Below, piece by piece: positions 37,201 to 46,140 of a stretch of 64,000 nucleotides of DNA. The DNA lies in the NCBI GenBank assembly GCA_963789395.1, contig CAWBKP010000005.1, forward strand, positions 99,707-163,706, in the 5' to 3' direction. The notes beneath the pieces are model-generated. The model ran no database searches. It saw only the letters and a list, made by a program, of their open reading frames with translations, and had not been told where the DNA came from. The DNA is from an uncultured delta proteobacterium. GTDB taxonomy: Bacteria; Desulfobacterota; Desulfobacteria; Desulfobacterales; Desulfatirhabdiaceae. The position numbers and the translations under genes are program-made. How positions within the stretch are numbered: position 1 is the first letter of the stretch; every line of letters begins with the position of its first letter.

Positions 37201-37746
37201 GAGGTCATTCATACCCGTGCCCGGGCCGTCTTGTCGAACGAACTCTCCATGCCTCCGGAATTTGATTTTTCCCGATATCTGGACGAGTCCCATGCTTATT
37301 CACGTCCTATGGAAGAGGTATACGACAAAATCCTTTTTCACGGCAACGCACTCAAGGGGCTTCGACGCATCCTCACGCTCTCACCCCATGTCATGGTCGC
37401 GGAACTGGCATCGGCCCCGCCGCCGGATCAGTGGACAACAGAGCCCCTTCGCAGCCGCTGGATCGGTGATCCGCTGGTTCTGGATGCGGCCTTTCAGATG
37501 GCCATCGTCTGGTGCTTCGAACAAAAGGGAATGGTTTCCCTGCCCAGCTTCGGCGCCAGTTATCGCCAATATTGCAGCCGGTTTCCGGAAGAAGGAATCA
37601 CTGCGGTGCTTGAAATCCGAAAGACAGGCCCAAGCAAGATGGTGGGCGATTTTACCTTTCTGGATATCCATCATGCCGTTATTGCCCGGTTAACCGGCTA
37701 CGAGGCAGTTATGGACATCTCGCTGGCAAAGGCTTTCAAGAATTGA
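31216..37746 (+). CDS. pfaA: PfaA-like iterative type I PKS/PUFA synthase: KS-MAT-ACP-ACP-KR-DH (many frameshifts)
   Basis: KS: VDAACASS, EAHGTGT, MIGHTKAAAG; AT: GHSFG, AFHS; two LGIDSIKRVEIL ACPs; KR: ITGGARGV, DYAMAN; DH: H...PVVP, LFHG, LDAAFQ. Confidence 0.95.
34765..35272 (+). repeat. Direct repeat of the ACP coding unit (34765-34972 and 35065-35272)
   Basis: Two 208-bp copies exactly 300 bp apart, with 3 synonymous mismatches. Confidence 0.97.
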
Positions 37747-37848
37747 GGGCTTTATTATAAAATCTTGCGCCTCACCTTTTGCATGCTGCACGGTACGCAC
37801 CGTCAGGCTTCCACGGGTTTTATTGCCCCCAACAATGGAATTTTAGTG

Positions 37849-39690
37849 ATGCTCCTTCCGCCTCTTCCCAATGCCCATGCTCTGGCTGTAATGCTTCTTA
37901 CCGCCATAGCGCTGATTTTGTTCACCCGCGGAAAGATCCCCCTCGAATCTTCCAGCTTCCTGATTCTCATTGCTCTGGCCGTGGGGTTTGAGCTCTTTCC
38001 GTTTCAGAAGGATGGAAGCGTTTTACACGCCGTGGACTTTTTCCATGGTTTCGGACACGAGGCACTGGTTGCTGTTTGCGCCCTGATGATTGCCGGACAT
38101 GGAATCGTGCGAACCGGGGCGCTGGAGCCGGTGGGTAGAGCGCTGGCACGGATATGGAAGGTCAATCCGAGCATTTCCCTTCTCTTGACGCTGTTGGCAA
38201 GCGCTTTTATCAGCGCTTTTATTAATAATGTCCCCGTCGTTGTATTATTTCTTCCCATACTGATAAATGTGTCCATCAGAACCGGCATGCCTGCTTCTTC
38301 AGTCTTGATGCCCATGGGCTTCGCCACCCTGCTGGGAGGCACCTGTACGACCATCGGAACCTCCACAAACCTGCTTGTGGTTTCGGTAGCGGCTGAGATG
38401 GGCTTAAAGCGCCTCGAAATATTCGATTTCCTGATGCCGGCGGCTATTGCCGGAAGCATCGGAATCGGTTATCTCTGGCTCCTGGCGCCCAGGATCATCC
38501 CCAAGCGGGAACAGTCAATGGCGAATACTTCTCCCAGGGTTTTCACGGCCCATCTGGCGATTCTGGAGAAAAGCCCCGTCGAAGATAAGACGCTGGCTGA
38601 AGCCGTCAAAAAGACCGACGGCGCCATGAAAGTCATGAGTGTGGAACGCGGGCCGGATAACTACATGATGCCGGTTCCGACCGTGATTCTGAGAGCCGGC
38701 GATCACCTGGTCATCCGGGATACCCCCGAGCGCCTGAAGGAATTCGAAAAGATAATTGAGGGAACGCTCTATCCGGAGGATTCCGAGGATAGCCCTGTTG
38801 ACGATGAACATCCTTTGAAGGCGAAAGATCAGCAGATCGCGGAGGTAGTCGTCATAGACGGCTCGCGCCTTCAGGGAAGAACGCTTGCTGAGATGCGATT
38901 TGCCGACCGTTATGGAATGATTATTCTTGCCATACACAGAGCTGGAAAACATCTGGAAACAGCCTATGATGAAATCGGCAATATCCGCCTGAGGGCCGGC
39001 GACATCCTTCTGGTTCAGGGACCCCGCCAGCAGATCGTCAGCCTGAAAAAAGAAACGGATTTTCTCGTACTCGATGCCACAACGGATCTGCCCTTCACGC
39101 GAAAAGCGCCATTGGCACTGATCATTATGCTGGGTATCGTCGTATCGGCCGCAATGGAGATTCTGCCGATAGCCATCAGCGCGCCGCTCGGGGCGCTGTT
39201 AATGATCCTTACCGGATGCCTGGGCTGGCGTGATGCCACAAGCGCCCTGAGTGCCCAGGTCATCCTTATCGTGGCCGCGAGCCTGGCCCTCGGGATCGCA
39301 CTGCTGAAGACCGGCGGAGCGGATTACCTGGCGCAACTTTTCGTGGCGCTGTCGGGGGGCGCTTCTCCAGCCTATGTGATCAGTGGTCTGATGCTGCTGA
39401 TGGCGATCCTCACGAACATCGTATCCAATAACGCGGCAGCCGTCATCGGCACGCCTATTGCCGTTTCAATTGCCTCCCAGATGGGACAACCCCCCGAACC
39501 GTTTGTCCTTGCCGTACTGTTCGGAGCCAATATGAGCTACGCCACCCCCATGGCATACAAGACCAATCTGCTTGTCATGAACGCGGGGGAATACACGTTT
39601 AATGATTTTCTCCGGATTGGGGTGCCACTGGTTTTTATCATGTGGATCTCGCTTTCCTGGCTGCTTCCGATCCTGTATGGTATCAAATAA
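37849..39690 (+). CDS. SLC13/CitMHS family permease with two TrkA-C domains
   Basis: SAFINN, GGTCTTIGTSTNL, TNIVSNNAAA, TPMAYKTN. Confidence 0.93.
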   Translation: MLLPPLPNAHALAVMLLTAIALILFTRGKIPLESSSFLILIALAVGFELFPFQKDGSVLHAVDFFHGFGHEALVAVCALMIAGHGIVRTGALEPVGRALARIWKVNPSISLLLTLLASAFISAFINNVPVVVLFLPILINVSIRTGMPASSVLMPMGFATLLGGTCTTIGTSTNLLVVSVAAEMGLKRLEIFDFLMPAAIAGSIGIGYLWLLAPRIIPKREQSMANTSPRVFTAHLAILEKSPVEDKTLAEAVKKTDGAMKVMSVERGPDNYMMPVPTVILRAGDHLVIRDTPERLKEFEKIIEGTLYPEDSEDSPVDDEHPLKAKDQQIAEVVVIDGSRLQGRTLAEMRFADRYGMIILAIHRAGKHLETAYDEIGNIRLRAGDILLVQGPRQQIVSLKKETDFLVLDATTDLPFTRKAPLALIIMLGIVVSAAMEILPIAISAPLGALLMILTGCLGWRDATSALSAQVILIVAASLALGIALLKTGGADYLAQLFVALSGGASPAYVISGLMLLMAILTNIVSNNAAAVIGTPIAVSIASQMGQPPEPFVLAVLFGANMSYATPMAYKTNLLVMNAGEYTFNDFLRIGVPLVFIMWISLSWLLPILYGIK

Positions 39691-39702
39691 AAAGGGGTTT
39701 AG

Positions 39703-41502
39703 ATGTTCCGCATTCGCCGCATATTCGATGATGTCGTTCCTGCGAACCAGCATGCCCTGGAACAGGTCAGGGCGATTCTGCGTTCGCAGTTCGATTTGCT
39801 TGACCGCCAGAAAATCGACCGTATCCCTGAAGCCCTTCGGCATCCGTTGAAATACGGTTTCCGCTCGATTCTCTATGTGGCCGAAGATGACAGATCCAAC
39901 GTTCGTGGTTTGGCGTTGCTTGACTACGATGCGGATCTGAAGTTCTGTTATCTGGACTACCTGGCCAGCGACAGGAAATTGGCCGGCCGCGGCGTGGGCG
40001 GAGCGCTCTATGACCGGATACGAAGTGAGGCCCTGTCTTTGGGTGTCGTGGGTGTATTCTTCGAATGCCTGCCTGACGATCCTAAGCTTTGCAGCGACCC
40101 GGATATCCTGAAACAGAACCGGGCACGTTTGAAGTTCTACGAAGCCTACGGGGCGCGACCCATCGTGAACACCGCCTACGAAACGCCCGTTCACCCTGGC
40201 TCAGACAATCCGCCCTTCCTGGTATTCGATAAATTGGCACAAGACAGCGTCCTTGGCGGAAACCACCTGAAACAGGTCATTGCCTGCATTCTCGAAAGAA
40301 AGTACAAGGATATTTGTGATTCGGCCTACGTCCAGATGGTGGTGGCGTCCGTACGCGATGATCCCGTCCGGTTCAGACCACCGCGCTATGCCGCAGCTCA
40401 AGTGGTGGAGAAAAATGCGTCCATTGCCGCCAATCTGGCCAAAATCGCACTTGTGAAAACGGACCAGCACGAGATTCACCATGTGAGAAGCCGCGGGTAT
40501 GTCGAATCGCCCGTACGAATCCGTGCGATATCCAAGGCCCTGGAGCCGACAGGGGAGTTTGACCCCGTTTCGCCAATCCCATTCAAGGACGCGTGGATTA
40601 CCGCGGTGCATGACCCCGAATACGTGAAGTATTTCAAAAAAGTCTGCAAGAATGCCGAGCCGAATACTCCCATCTATCCCTATGTATTCCCAATCCGCAA
40701 CCGGGCCCGGCCGCCCGTGGAATTGCCCATTCGCGCCGGGTACTACTGCATCGACACGTTCACCCCCATAAGCGGCCATGCTTACGTCGCGGCACGCCGG
40801 GCTGTTGACTGTGCACTTACCGGTGCGCATGAACTTCTTTCCGGCAGACGCATCGCTTACGCACTGGTACGCCCCCCGGGCCACCATGCCGAGCGGGGCT
40901 TTTTCGGCGGGTTCTGCTACTTCAACAATGCAGCCATCGCCGCCAACCGGCTCAGCCAATTCGGCAAGGTCGCCATCTTGGACATTGACTACCATCACGG
41001 CAACGGACAGCAGGAGATTTTCTACCGCCGGAAGGATGTGTTGACGCTTTCGATTCACGGACACCCTCGCTTCGCGTATCCGTATTTCAGCGGGTTCGCC
41101 GACGAACGCGGCGAAGACGCCGGGGCAGGCTACAACGTGAATTATCCTTTGCCCGAGACGATTGACGCAGCAGATTACCTCAACATACTGCGGAGCGCCC
41201 TGGCCCGTATTCGAGACTTCGGCCCCACCTATCTGGTTGTCTGCTTCGGACTGGACACATCCAAAGGAGATCCGACCGGCACATGGAGTCTTGCAGGCCG
41301 GGACTTCACAACAATCGGAGAGAAAATCGGCCGGCTTCAGACCCCTTGCCTCGTGGTGCAGGAGGGCGGCTACAACAACCGATCGATAGGAACCAACGCA
41401 AAATGTTTCTTCCAGGGGTTACAGTCCGGACTGGGCCAGTCCGGCAGCCGAAGGCAGTTAACCACCGGTACACCTAAAACCGCCGCGGAGCTGCTTAATT
41501 GA
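39703..41502 (+). CDS. GNAT acetyltransferase fused to a histone-deacetylase/acetylpolyamine amidohydrolase domain
   Basis: N-terminal LDYLAS...GRGVGGALY...RLKFYE; C-terminal RPPGHHA, GFCYFNN, DIDYHHGNG, QEGGY. Confidence 0.93.
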   Translation: MFRIRRIFDDVVPANQHALEQVRAILRSQFDLLDRQKIDRIPEALRHPLKYGFRSILYVAEDDRSNVRGLALLDYDADLKFCYLDYLASDRKLAGRGVGGALYDRIRSEALSLGVVGVFFECLPDDPKLCSDPDILKQNRARLKFYEAYGARPIVNTAYETPVHPGSDNPPFLVFDKLAQDSVLGGNHLKQVIACILERKYKDICDSAYVQMVVASVRDDPVRFRPPRYAAAQVVEKNASIAANLAKIALVKTDQHEIHHVRSRGYVESPVRIRAISKALEPTGEFDPVSPIPFKDAWITAVHDPEYVKYFKKVCKNAEPNTPIYPYVFPIRNRARPPVELPIRAGYYCIDTFTPISGHAYVAARRAVDCALTGAHELLSGRRIAYALVRPPGHHAERGFFGGFCYFNNAAIAANRLSQFGKVAILDIDYHHGNGQQEIFYRRKDVLTLSIHGHPRFAYPYFSGFADERGEDAGAGYNVNYPLPETIDAADYLNILRSALARIRDFGPTYLVVCFGLDTSKGDPTGTWSLAGRDFTTIGEKIGRLQTPCLVVQEGGYNNRSIGTNAKCFFQGLQSGLGQSGSRRQLTTGTPKTAAELLN

Positions 41503-41611
41503 TCAACGCATTGCAGCCGGTTTGCCGGCCACATCCGGATCGATCAGGACAACCAACGCCTGCCTGCAGGAAGCTGAATGCATTGGCACAAAATGCTGGA
41601 GACAAGGAATC

Positions 41612-42127
41612 ATGCGTGTATTTCTGATTGTTATTTTATCGCTTTTTGTGTGCGGGTGCCTGGGACTGCCCAAAGGGGTATATCCCGTTGACGGGTTTGA
41701 TCTGAATCAATATCTGGGGAAATGGTATGAAATTGCCCGGCTGGATCATTCCTTCGAGCGCGGACTGAATAACGTAACCGCTGAATACTCTTTGCGTGAT
41801 GACGGCGGGGTGAAGGTTATCAACCGAGGCTTTTCAATTGCGGAAAACAGGTGGAAAGAAGCTGAAGGCAAAGCCTACTTCGTCAGAGGCTCGGACGCGG
41901 GATATTTAAAAGTTTCCTTTTTTGGTCCATTTTACGGGTCATATGTCGTGTTCGAACTGGACAAAGAGACATATCAATTTGCGTTTGTAGCCGGTCCCGA
42001 CACTTCGTATCTTTGGCTTTTATCCAGAACGCCGTCGGTAAATAAAGCAGTTGTCGAACAATTTGTCAACAGGTCCAAAGCGCTTGGTTTTGATACTGAC
42101 AATCTGATATTTGTTTCGCACAATTAG
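41612..42127 (+). CDS. blc: Lipocalin lipoprotein Blc
   Basis: Lipobox VCGC; YLGKWYEIARLDHSFERGL; LKVSFFGPFYG; WLLSR. Confidence 0.95.
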   Translation: MRVFLIVILSLFVCGCLGLPKGVYPVDGFDLNQYLGKWYEIARLDHSFERGLNNVTAEYSLRDDGGVKVINRGFSIAENRWKEAEGKAYFVRGSDAGYLKVSFFGPFYGSYVVFELDKETYQFAFVAGPDTSYLWLLSRTPSVNKAVVEQFVNRSKALGFDTDNLIFVSHN

Positions 42128-42250
42128 TCCACCGGCAGGTCTTGCGGGTCGTCACAGCTTCGCGCGGCGGACATGCGCAGGATAAATGGCCCGAAACCCT
42201 GCAATCATCGACGTTGTTTGATCCTCATCCGGTTACATTGGCTTTTTTTC

Positions 42251-42746
42251 TCAGGCTTTTTCCGAACGTTTCTTGTTGATCAGGCTGAAATCATAAATTC
42301 CGGGAGAAGATCCTTCGATGGCCATGGCGCCCACGGCCTTGGCATAAAACCCGGCAGGACCGACGCCGCCGATGATCGCATAAGCATACCCGCCGTCCTT
42401 CATGGCGTGAAGACAGGAAAGCAGCAGCGTCGTCCCCACCCCTTTTCCCCTGGCGTTACTCGGCCACACCGGTCGGACCGAAAAAATTCAGGCGGGTACA
42501 GTCGTAGCAGGCAAAACCGATCAGCGCATCGTCTTTCACCGCGATAAAGCAGGACGGGGGTCTTACGGCAAAGGCGGTTTCACATTCCAGTGCCCATGAG
42601 AGGCTGAATTGCGCTTTGACCCAGTCCAGCAGCACCGGCTTTTCCCAGACATTCGGACGACGGACCCGAACCCCGATCTTCTCCATTTTTTCCGTGTACT
42701 CGCTCAAATCGGGAATTTCGTACAACCGGACGAGCATGTCAGTCAT
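42251..42746 (-). CDS. GNAT family N-acetyltransferase (frameshift near 42460)
   Basis: DMLVRLY, GFACYD, FGPTGV, RGKGVG, GYAYAIIG. Confidence 0.88.
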
Positions 42747-42813
42747 TCATGGATTTCCTTCACATCTTCATCTTCAGGCTGTCGTTCAGACAATTGCCGC
42801 GGGTTAACCTGAA

Positions 42814-43143
42814 TCAATCCGATGTTTTTTTCAGAAGCACATTTCCGCCACCGGGAAGGCTGACGGATAGCGCTTTTTCATTGTCCAGGGGCTGGGCGAT
42901 CAGCACGCCGCCGGTCTTGACGTGCAGCCACAACGCTCCCTGGCGGATTTTCCAGCGCACCGGCGTGCTTTCCTGATCCACCATCCAGAGCCCTTTGCCG
43001 TCTGCCTGCAGCGTCAGCGTCACCAGGGCGCCTTCCGTCGCCGGCGATACATACCGCCCTTCCCAGCCGGAACCGGATTCGCACGCACAGAAAACCAACC
43101 CGGCAATCACCAGCCACACGAGCCAAAACGCTGCCCGCTTCAT
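42814..43143 (-). CDS. Hypothetical lipoprotein
   Basis: Signal peptide with FCAC lipobox; ATGA overlap with the upstream gene. Confidence 0.75.
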   Translation of the reverse strand: MKRAAFWLVWLVIAGLVFCACESGSGWEGRYVSPATEGALVTLTLQADGKGLWMVDQESTPVRWKIRQGALWLHVKTGGVLIAQPLDNEKALSVSLPGGGNVLLKKTSD

Positions 43144-43622
43144 CCGTCAACCTCCTTCAAGGATAGCAGCAGCCGGTCCTCCAGTTGCAGGGCCGACGGA
43201 AACCAGACCACCTGAACGGTCATGGCCAGCCAGAGGAGATCCCGCAAAAGGGTTTTCCAACTGAGCGGATCCTCGACCGAAGTAAAGCAGCCGCATCCGA
43301 TGGGAATCCCCCGTACCAGGGTGGCGACAATCGCCACGCAAAAGACCACCAGCATCGATCCGGCCAGAACTGCCGCTGCCCGGGTCCGCAGCCCCAGAAC
43401 CAGCATCAGGCCGCATATCAGCTCGGTCCATGGCATGATCAGCGCCATGAGATTGACTCCCCAGAACGGCACGATCTGATAGCTGGCGATGGTTTCCGCA
43501 AACTCTCCGGGATAGTTGATCTTGTACATGCTGGCAGCGATAAATATCGCGCCGATATAGATTCTGAGCAGCAGCCCCAGAACCGGGTGCGCCACTGCCT
43601 TTTTCATCCAGGATCCGTTCAT
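43140..43622 (-). CDS. MauE/DoxX family membrane protein
   Basis: Four TM segments; LRIYIG..F..A...KI..P, PWTEL, GCGCF, RDLLW. Confidence 0.9.
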   Translation of the reverse strand: MNGSWMKKAVAHPVLGLLLRIYIGAIFIAASMYKINYPGEFAETIASYQIVPFWGVNLMALIMPWTELICGLMLVLGLRTRAAAVLAGSMLVVFCVAIVATLVRGIPIGCGCFTSVEDPLSWKTLLRDLLWLAMTVQVVWFPSALQLEDRLLLSLKEVDG

Positions 43623-44800
43623 GGCGCCCTCCCCTGTTTTTCCCATGCCGCCATGCCGCCGGTCATGACCCTGACATCGTCATGGCGCTGAAGCAGGCGG
43701 TATGCCACCTCCTCGTCATAGCGTTTGCTGAAGGTCCGGCCATAGACCACGACGGCCTGACCGGGCTGCAGGCGGGAAGCCAGCTTCATGGGATAGATAA
43801 TGTCAAAAAGCGTCGCCGGAATGTTGACGGCATCGGGAATGTGACCGCGGTTGAAAAGCTCCGGGGGCCTGGCATCCACCAGAACGGTATCGCCCTTGCC
43901 GAGCAGGTGTTGAACAGCCCGGGCATCCACCTGAGGCGCCGGCTCCCGGAACGCCTCTTCCGGCAGGAGCGGAATGCCGTTCGGGTTGGAAAAATTGAAC
44001 AGCAGCGACAGCAGCGATGCAACGACAAGAACCAGCAGCACATCGACGGCGCGAAAGCGCCCCACCTGTTCAATTTTCTGCTGAAACAACTGCTTCAGGC
44101 GGATTCCGGCAACTTCCAGAAGCCGGATCTGCTGACGGGCCTCGGTCAGGTCCGCGATGGTCTGGCGCAATGCATCATTGGTCCGGGACAAGTCGGCATT
44201 GAGCGCCTGCACGGTTTCATAAGCCCTGACATTCTTTAAAAAAACCATGAAGCTGGCGGTCATGCCGGATAAAATGTCCTTTTCTTCCAACGTGAAATCG
44301 CGCCCGTCTATCGGAGCGCCCAGGCCAACGATGCCAAGGAGCGAATCATCCACCATGAACAACAGCGCGGAGTGAACGTCAAGGCCCGTTTCAAGCTCCG
44401 AAAAAACCTGCTGCGGATCCCCGATAAAGGTCACGGACATGGGGGCAAGCCTTCGGTTTTCAGCGGTCTGAAAACCCCGGTAAAGGTGTTTTTCAGCGGA
44501 TTCGACGGTCCAGTCCCGGTCAAACCGGGTTCCGCGGCTTGCGGAGAGAACCCTTTGGTTCTGCCGGTCGCAGATCATCAGCATGCCCTGGCCGGATCCG
44601 TTAACGCCCATGGCCATCAGCAGAAAGCTCTCCAGCAGCTTCCGGGAAGAGGTGATCGGACTCAACTCGGCAGTCAGCTCATAGAGGGTCTTCAGATAAT
44701 ACATCCGCTGAAAAACCAGCTTGTCGAGTTCTTCCGGAGAGGCGGCGGCCTTTTCATCGGACAGGCTGGTTTGGTTTGCGGCGGGAGCCATGGCGTTCAA
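43619..44800 (-). CDS. GAF-like domain, coiled coil, TM segment and rhodanese-like domain
   Basis: C-terminal VDARP..F..GHIPDAVNIP and GGMAAW; active-site loop VYGRTFS has no Cys; N-terminal GAF-like region. Confidence 0.85.
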   Translation of the reverse strand: MNAMAPAANQTSLSDEKAAASPEELDKLVFQRMYYLKTLYELTAELSPITSSRKLLESFLLMAMGVNGSGQGMLMICDRQNQRVLSASRGTRFDRDWTVESAEKHLYRGFQTAENRRLAPMSVTFIGDPQQVFSELETGLDVHSALLFMVDDSLLGIVGLGAPIDGRDFTLEEKDILSGMTASFMVFLKNVRAYETVQALNADLSRTNDALRQTIADLTEARQQIRLLEVAGIRLKQLFQQKIEQVGRFRAVDVLLVLVVASLLSLLFNFSNPNGIPLLPEEAFREPAPQVDARAVQHLLGKGDTVLVDARPPELFNRGHIPDAVNIPATLFDIIYPMKLASRLQPGQAVVVYGRTFSKRYDEEVAYRLLQRHDDVRVMTGGMAAWEKQGRAP

Positions 44801-45354
44801 CGCGTCAGCTCCGTGATGGTTTTCCAGAAAGCATCCAGATCCTCGATAATGCCCATATGGGTATAAAGGACCTTGCCTTCCGGACTCAGCAGCAGCGTGA
44901 ACGGCGTGCGCGGTTCGCCGAGCAGCTTGTGCACATCAAAGGACGGGTCCGGCGCGATGGGAAAGCTGTACTGTTTCTGTTCATTCAGGGACTGGATCTC
45001 CATCTGGTTTCCGCCGGCGGCCAGGGCCAGCATTTTGACCTTTCCCTTCAGGCTGCTCTTTTCGATCCGGTTGTAAAGGTTGTTGAAAATCGGCGCCTGC
45101 CGGTAGCATACCGGGCAATAAACGCCGATGACTTCCAGGAGCAGCAGCTTCGAACGGATATCCGGAAGCCGGAACGCGGATTTCGTGATCCCCAGATAGG
45201 CCCTGTCCTTTTCGGCTGCAGGCGACTGGAGTTCAAAAGCGGCCAGGCTGTCGCCTTTTTTGGGAAGCTCCCCTCCCAAAGCCGGACCGGAAAGAAAGGC
45301 CCCTGTAAAACCGATCACCGCCAGCACGCTCAGCAATCCCCGGAAAGATATCAT
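44797..45354 (-). CDS. Exported TlpA/redoxin-family thioredoxin-fold protein
   Basis: Signal peptide; YCPVC; cis-Pro loop RTPF. Confidence 0.88.
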   Translation of the reverse strand: MISFRGLLSVLAVIGFTGAFLSGPALGGELPKKGDSLAAFELQSPAAEKDRAYLGITKSAFRLPDIRSKLLLLEVIGVYCPVCYRQAPIFNNLYNRIEKSSLKGKVKMLALAAGGNQMEIQSLNEQKQYSFPIAPDPSFDVHKLLGEPRTPFTLLLSPEGKVLYTHMGIIEDLDAFWKTITELTR

Positions 45355-45410
45355 CTCGCAATCACCTCCATTGAATTTAACATAATCTCGAACAATGTTA
45401 TCATCGCCGG

Positions 45411-46123
45411 TCAGGACAGCGCCTCCTCGATCGAGCCGGCCACCGGCACGAGTTTTCCCAGCCCGACAATTTCAAACACTTTTTTCAGATTATCCGAAAG
45501 CCCGACCCCCACGACATCTTTTCCCAGCTTCTGGCTTTCCAAAAAAAGCTGCGTGAGAATGGCAATGCCGGCGCCGTTGACAGCGGAACTTTCCAGAAAA
45601 TGCAAGACGATCCTGCGTTTGTTCAGTGACAAGCGCCTCGCGGTAGCAGGATTGAAACTGGGACTCATGCCCGGCCGTAATGCTGCCGCGAATGGTAATC
45701 ACAACGGCATTTTCCGCCTGCTGGATTTCAAATTCCTGAACTGTGTTCGGCGGCCATCCGGCAGCGCTCCTGGGCGCTTTTCAGCGCCTGCTCCAGAAGA
45801 TGCCGCTGGATCGGTTTATTGATGAAATCGGTGGCATCCAGATTCAGGGCCTGAATGGCCAGATCCATGTCCCCGTGACCGGTGATGACGATCACTTCGG
45901 CAGCCGGGTCGATCTGCTTGATCCGCCGCAAGACCTCGATGCCGTTCATGCCGGGCATCTTGATATCGGTCAATACGATGCGCGGCCGTTCGCGCTCAAA
46001 CACTTCCAGCCCTTCCTGCCCGTTTTCCGCCGTAAGCACCTCGTAGCCATAGGCCATCAGGGTCAATCGAAACATTTTCAGCGTCGGCTTCTCATCGTCA
46101 ATCACCAGAATTTTTTCCATCAT
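45411..46123 (-). CDS. Response regulator receiver fused to a STAS domain (frameshifts near 45730 and 45635)
   Basis: REC: LVIDDE, TDIKMP, ITGHG, KP; STAS: VITIRGSIT...NGAGIAIL...VFEIVGL. Confidence 0.82.
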
Positions 46124-46140
46124 GCATCCTTTTTATAGTT

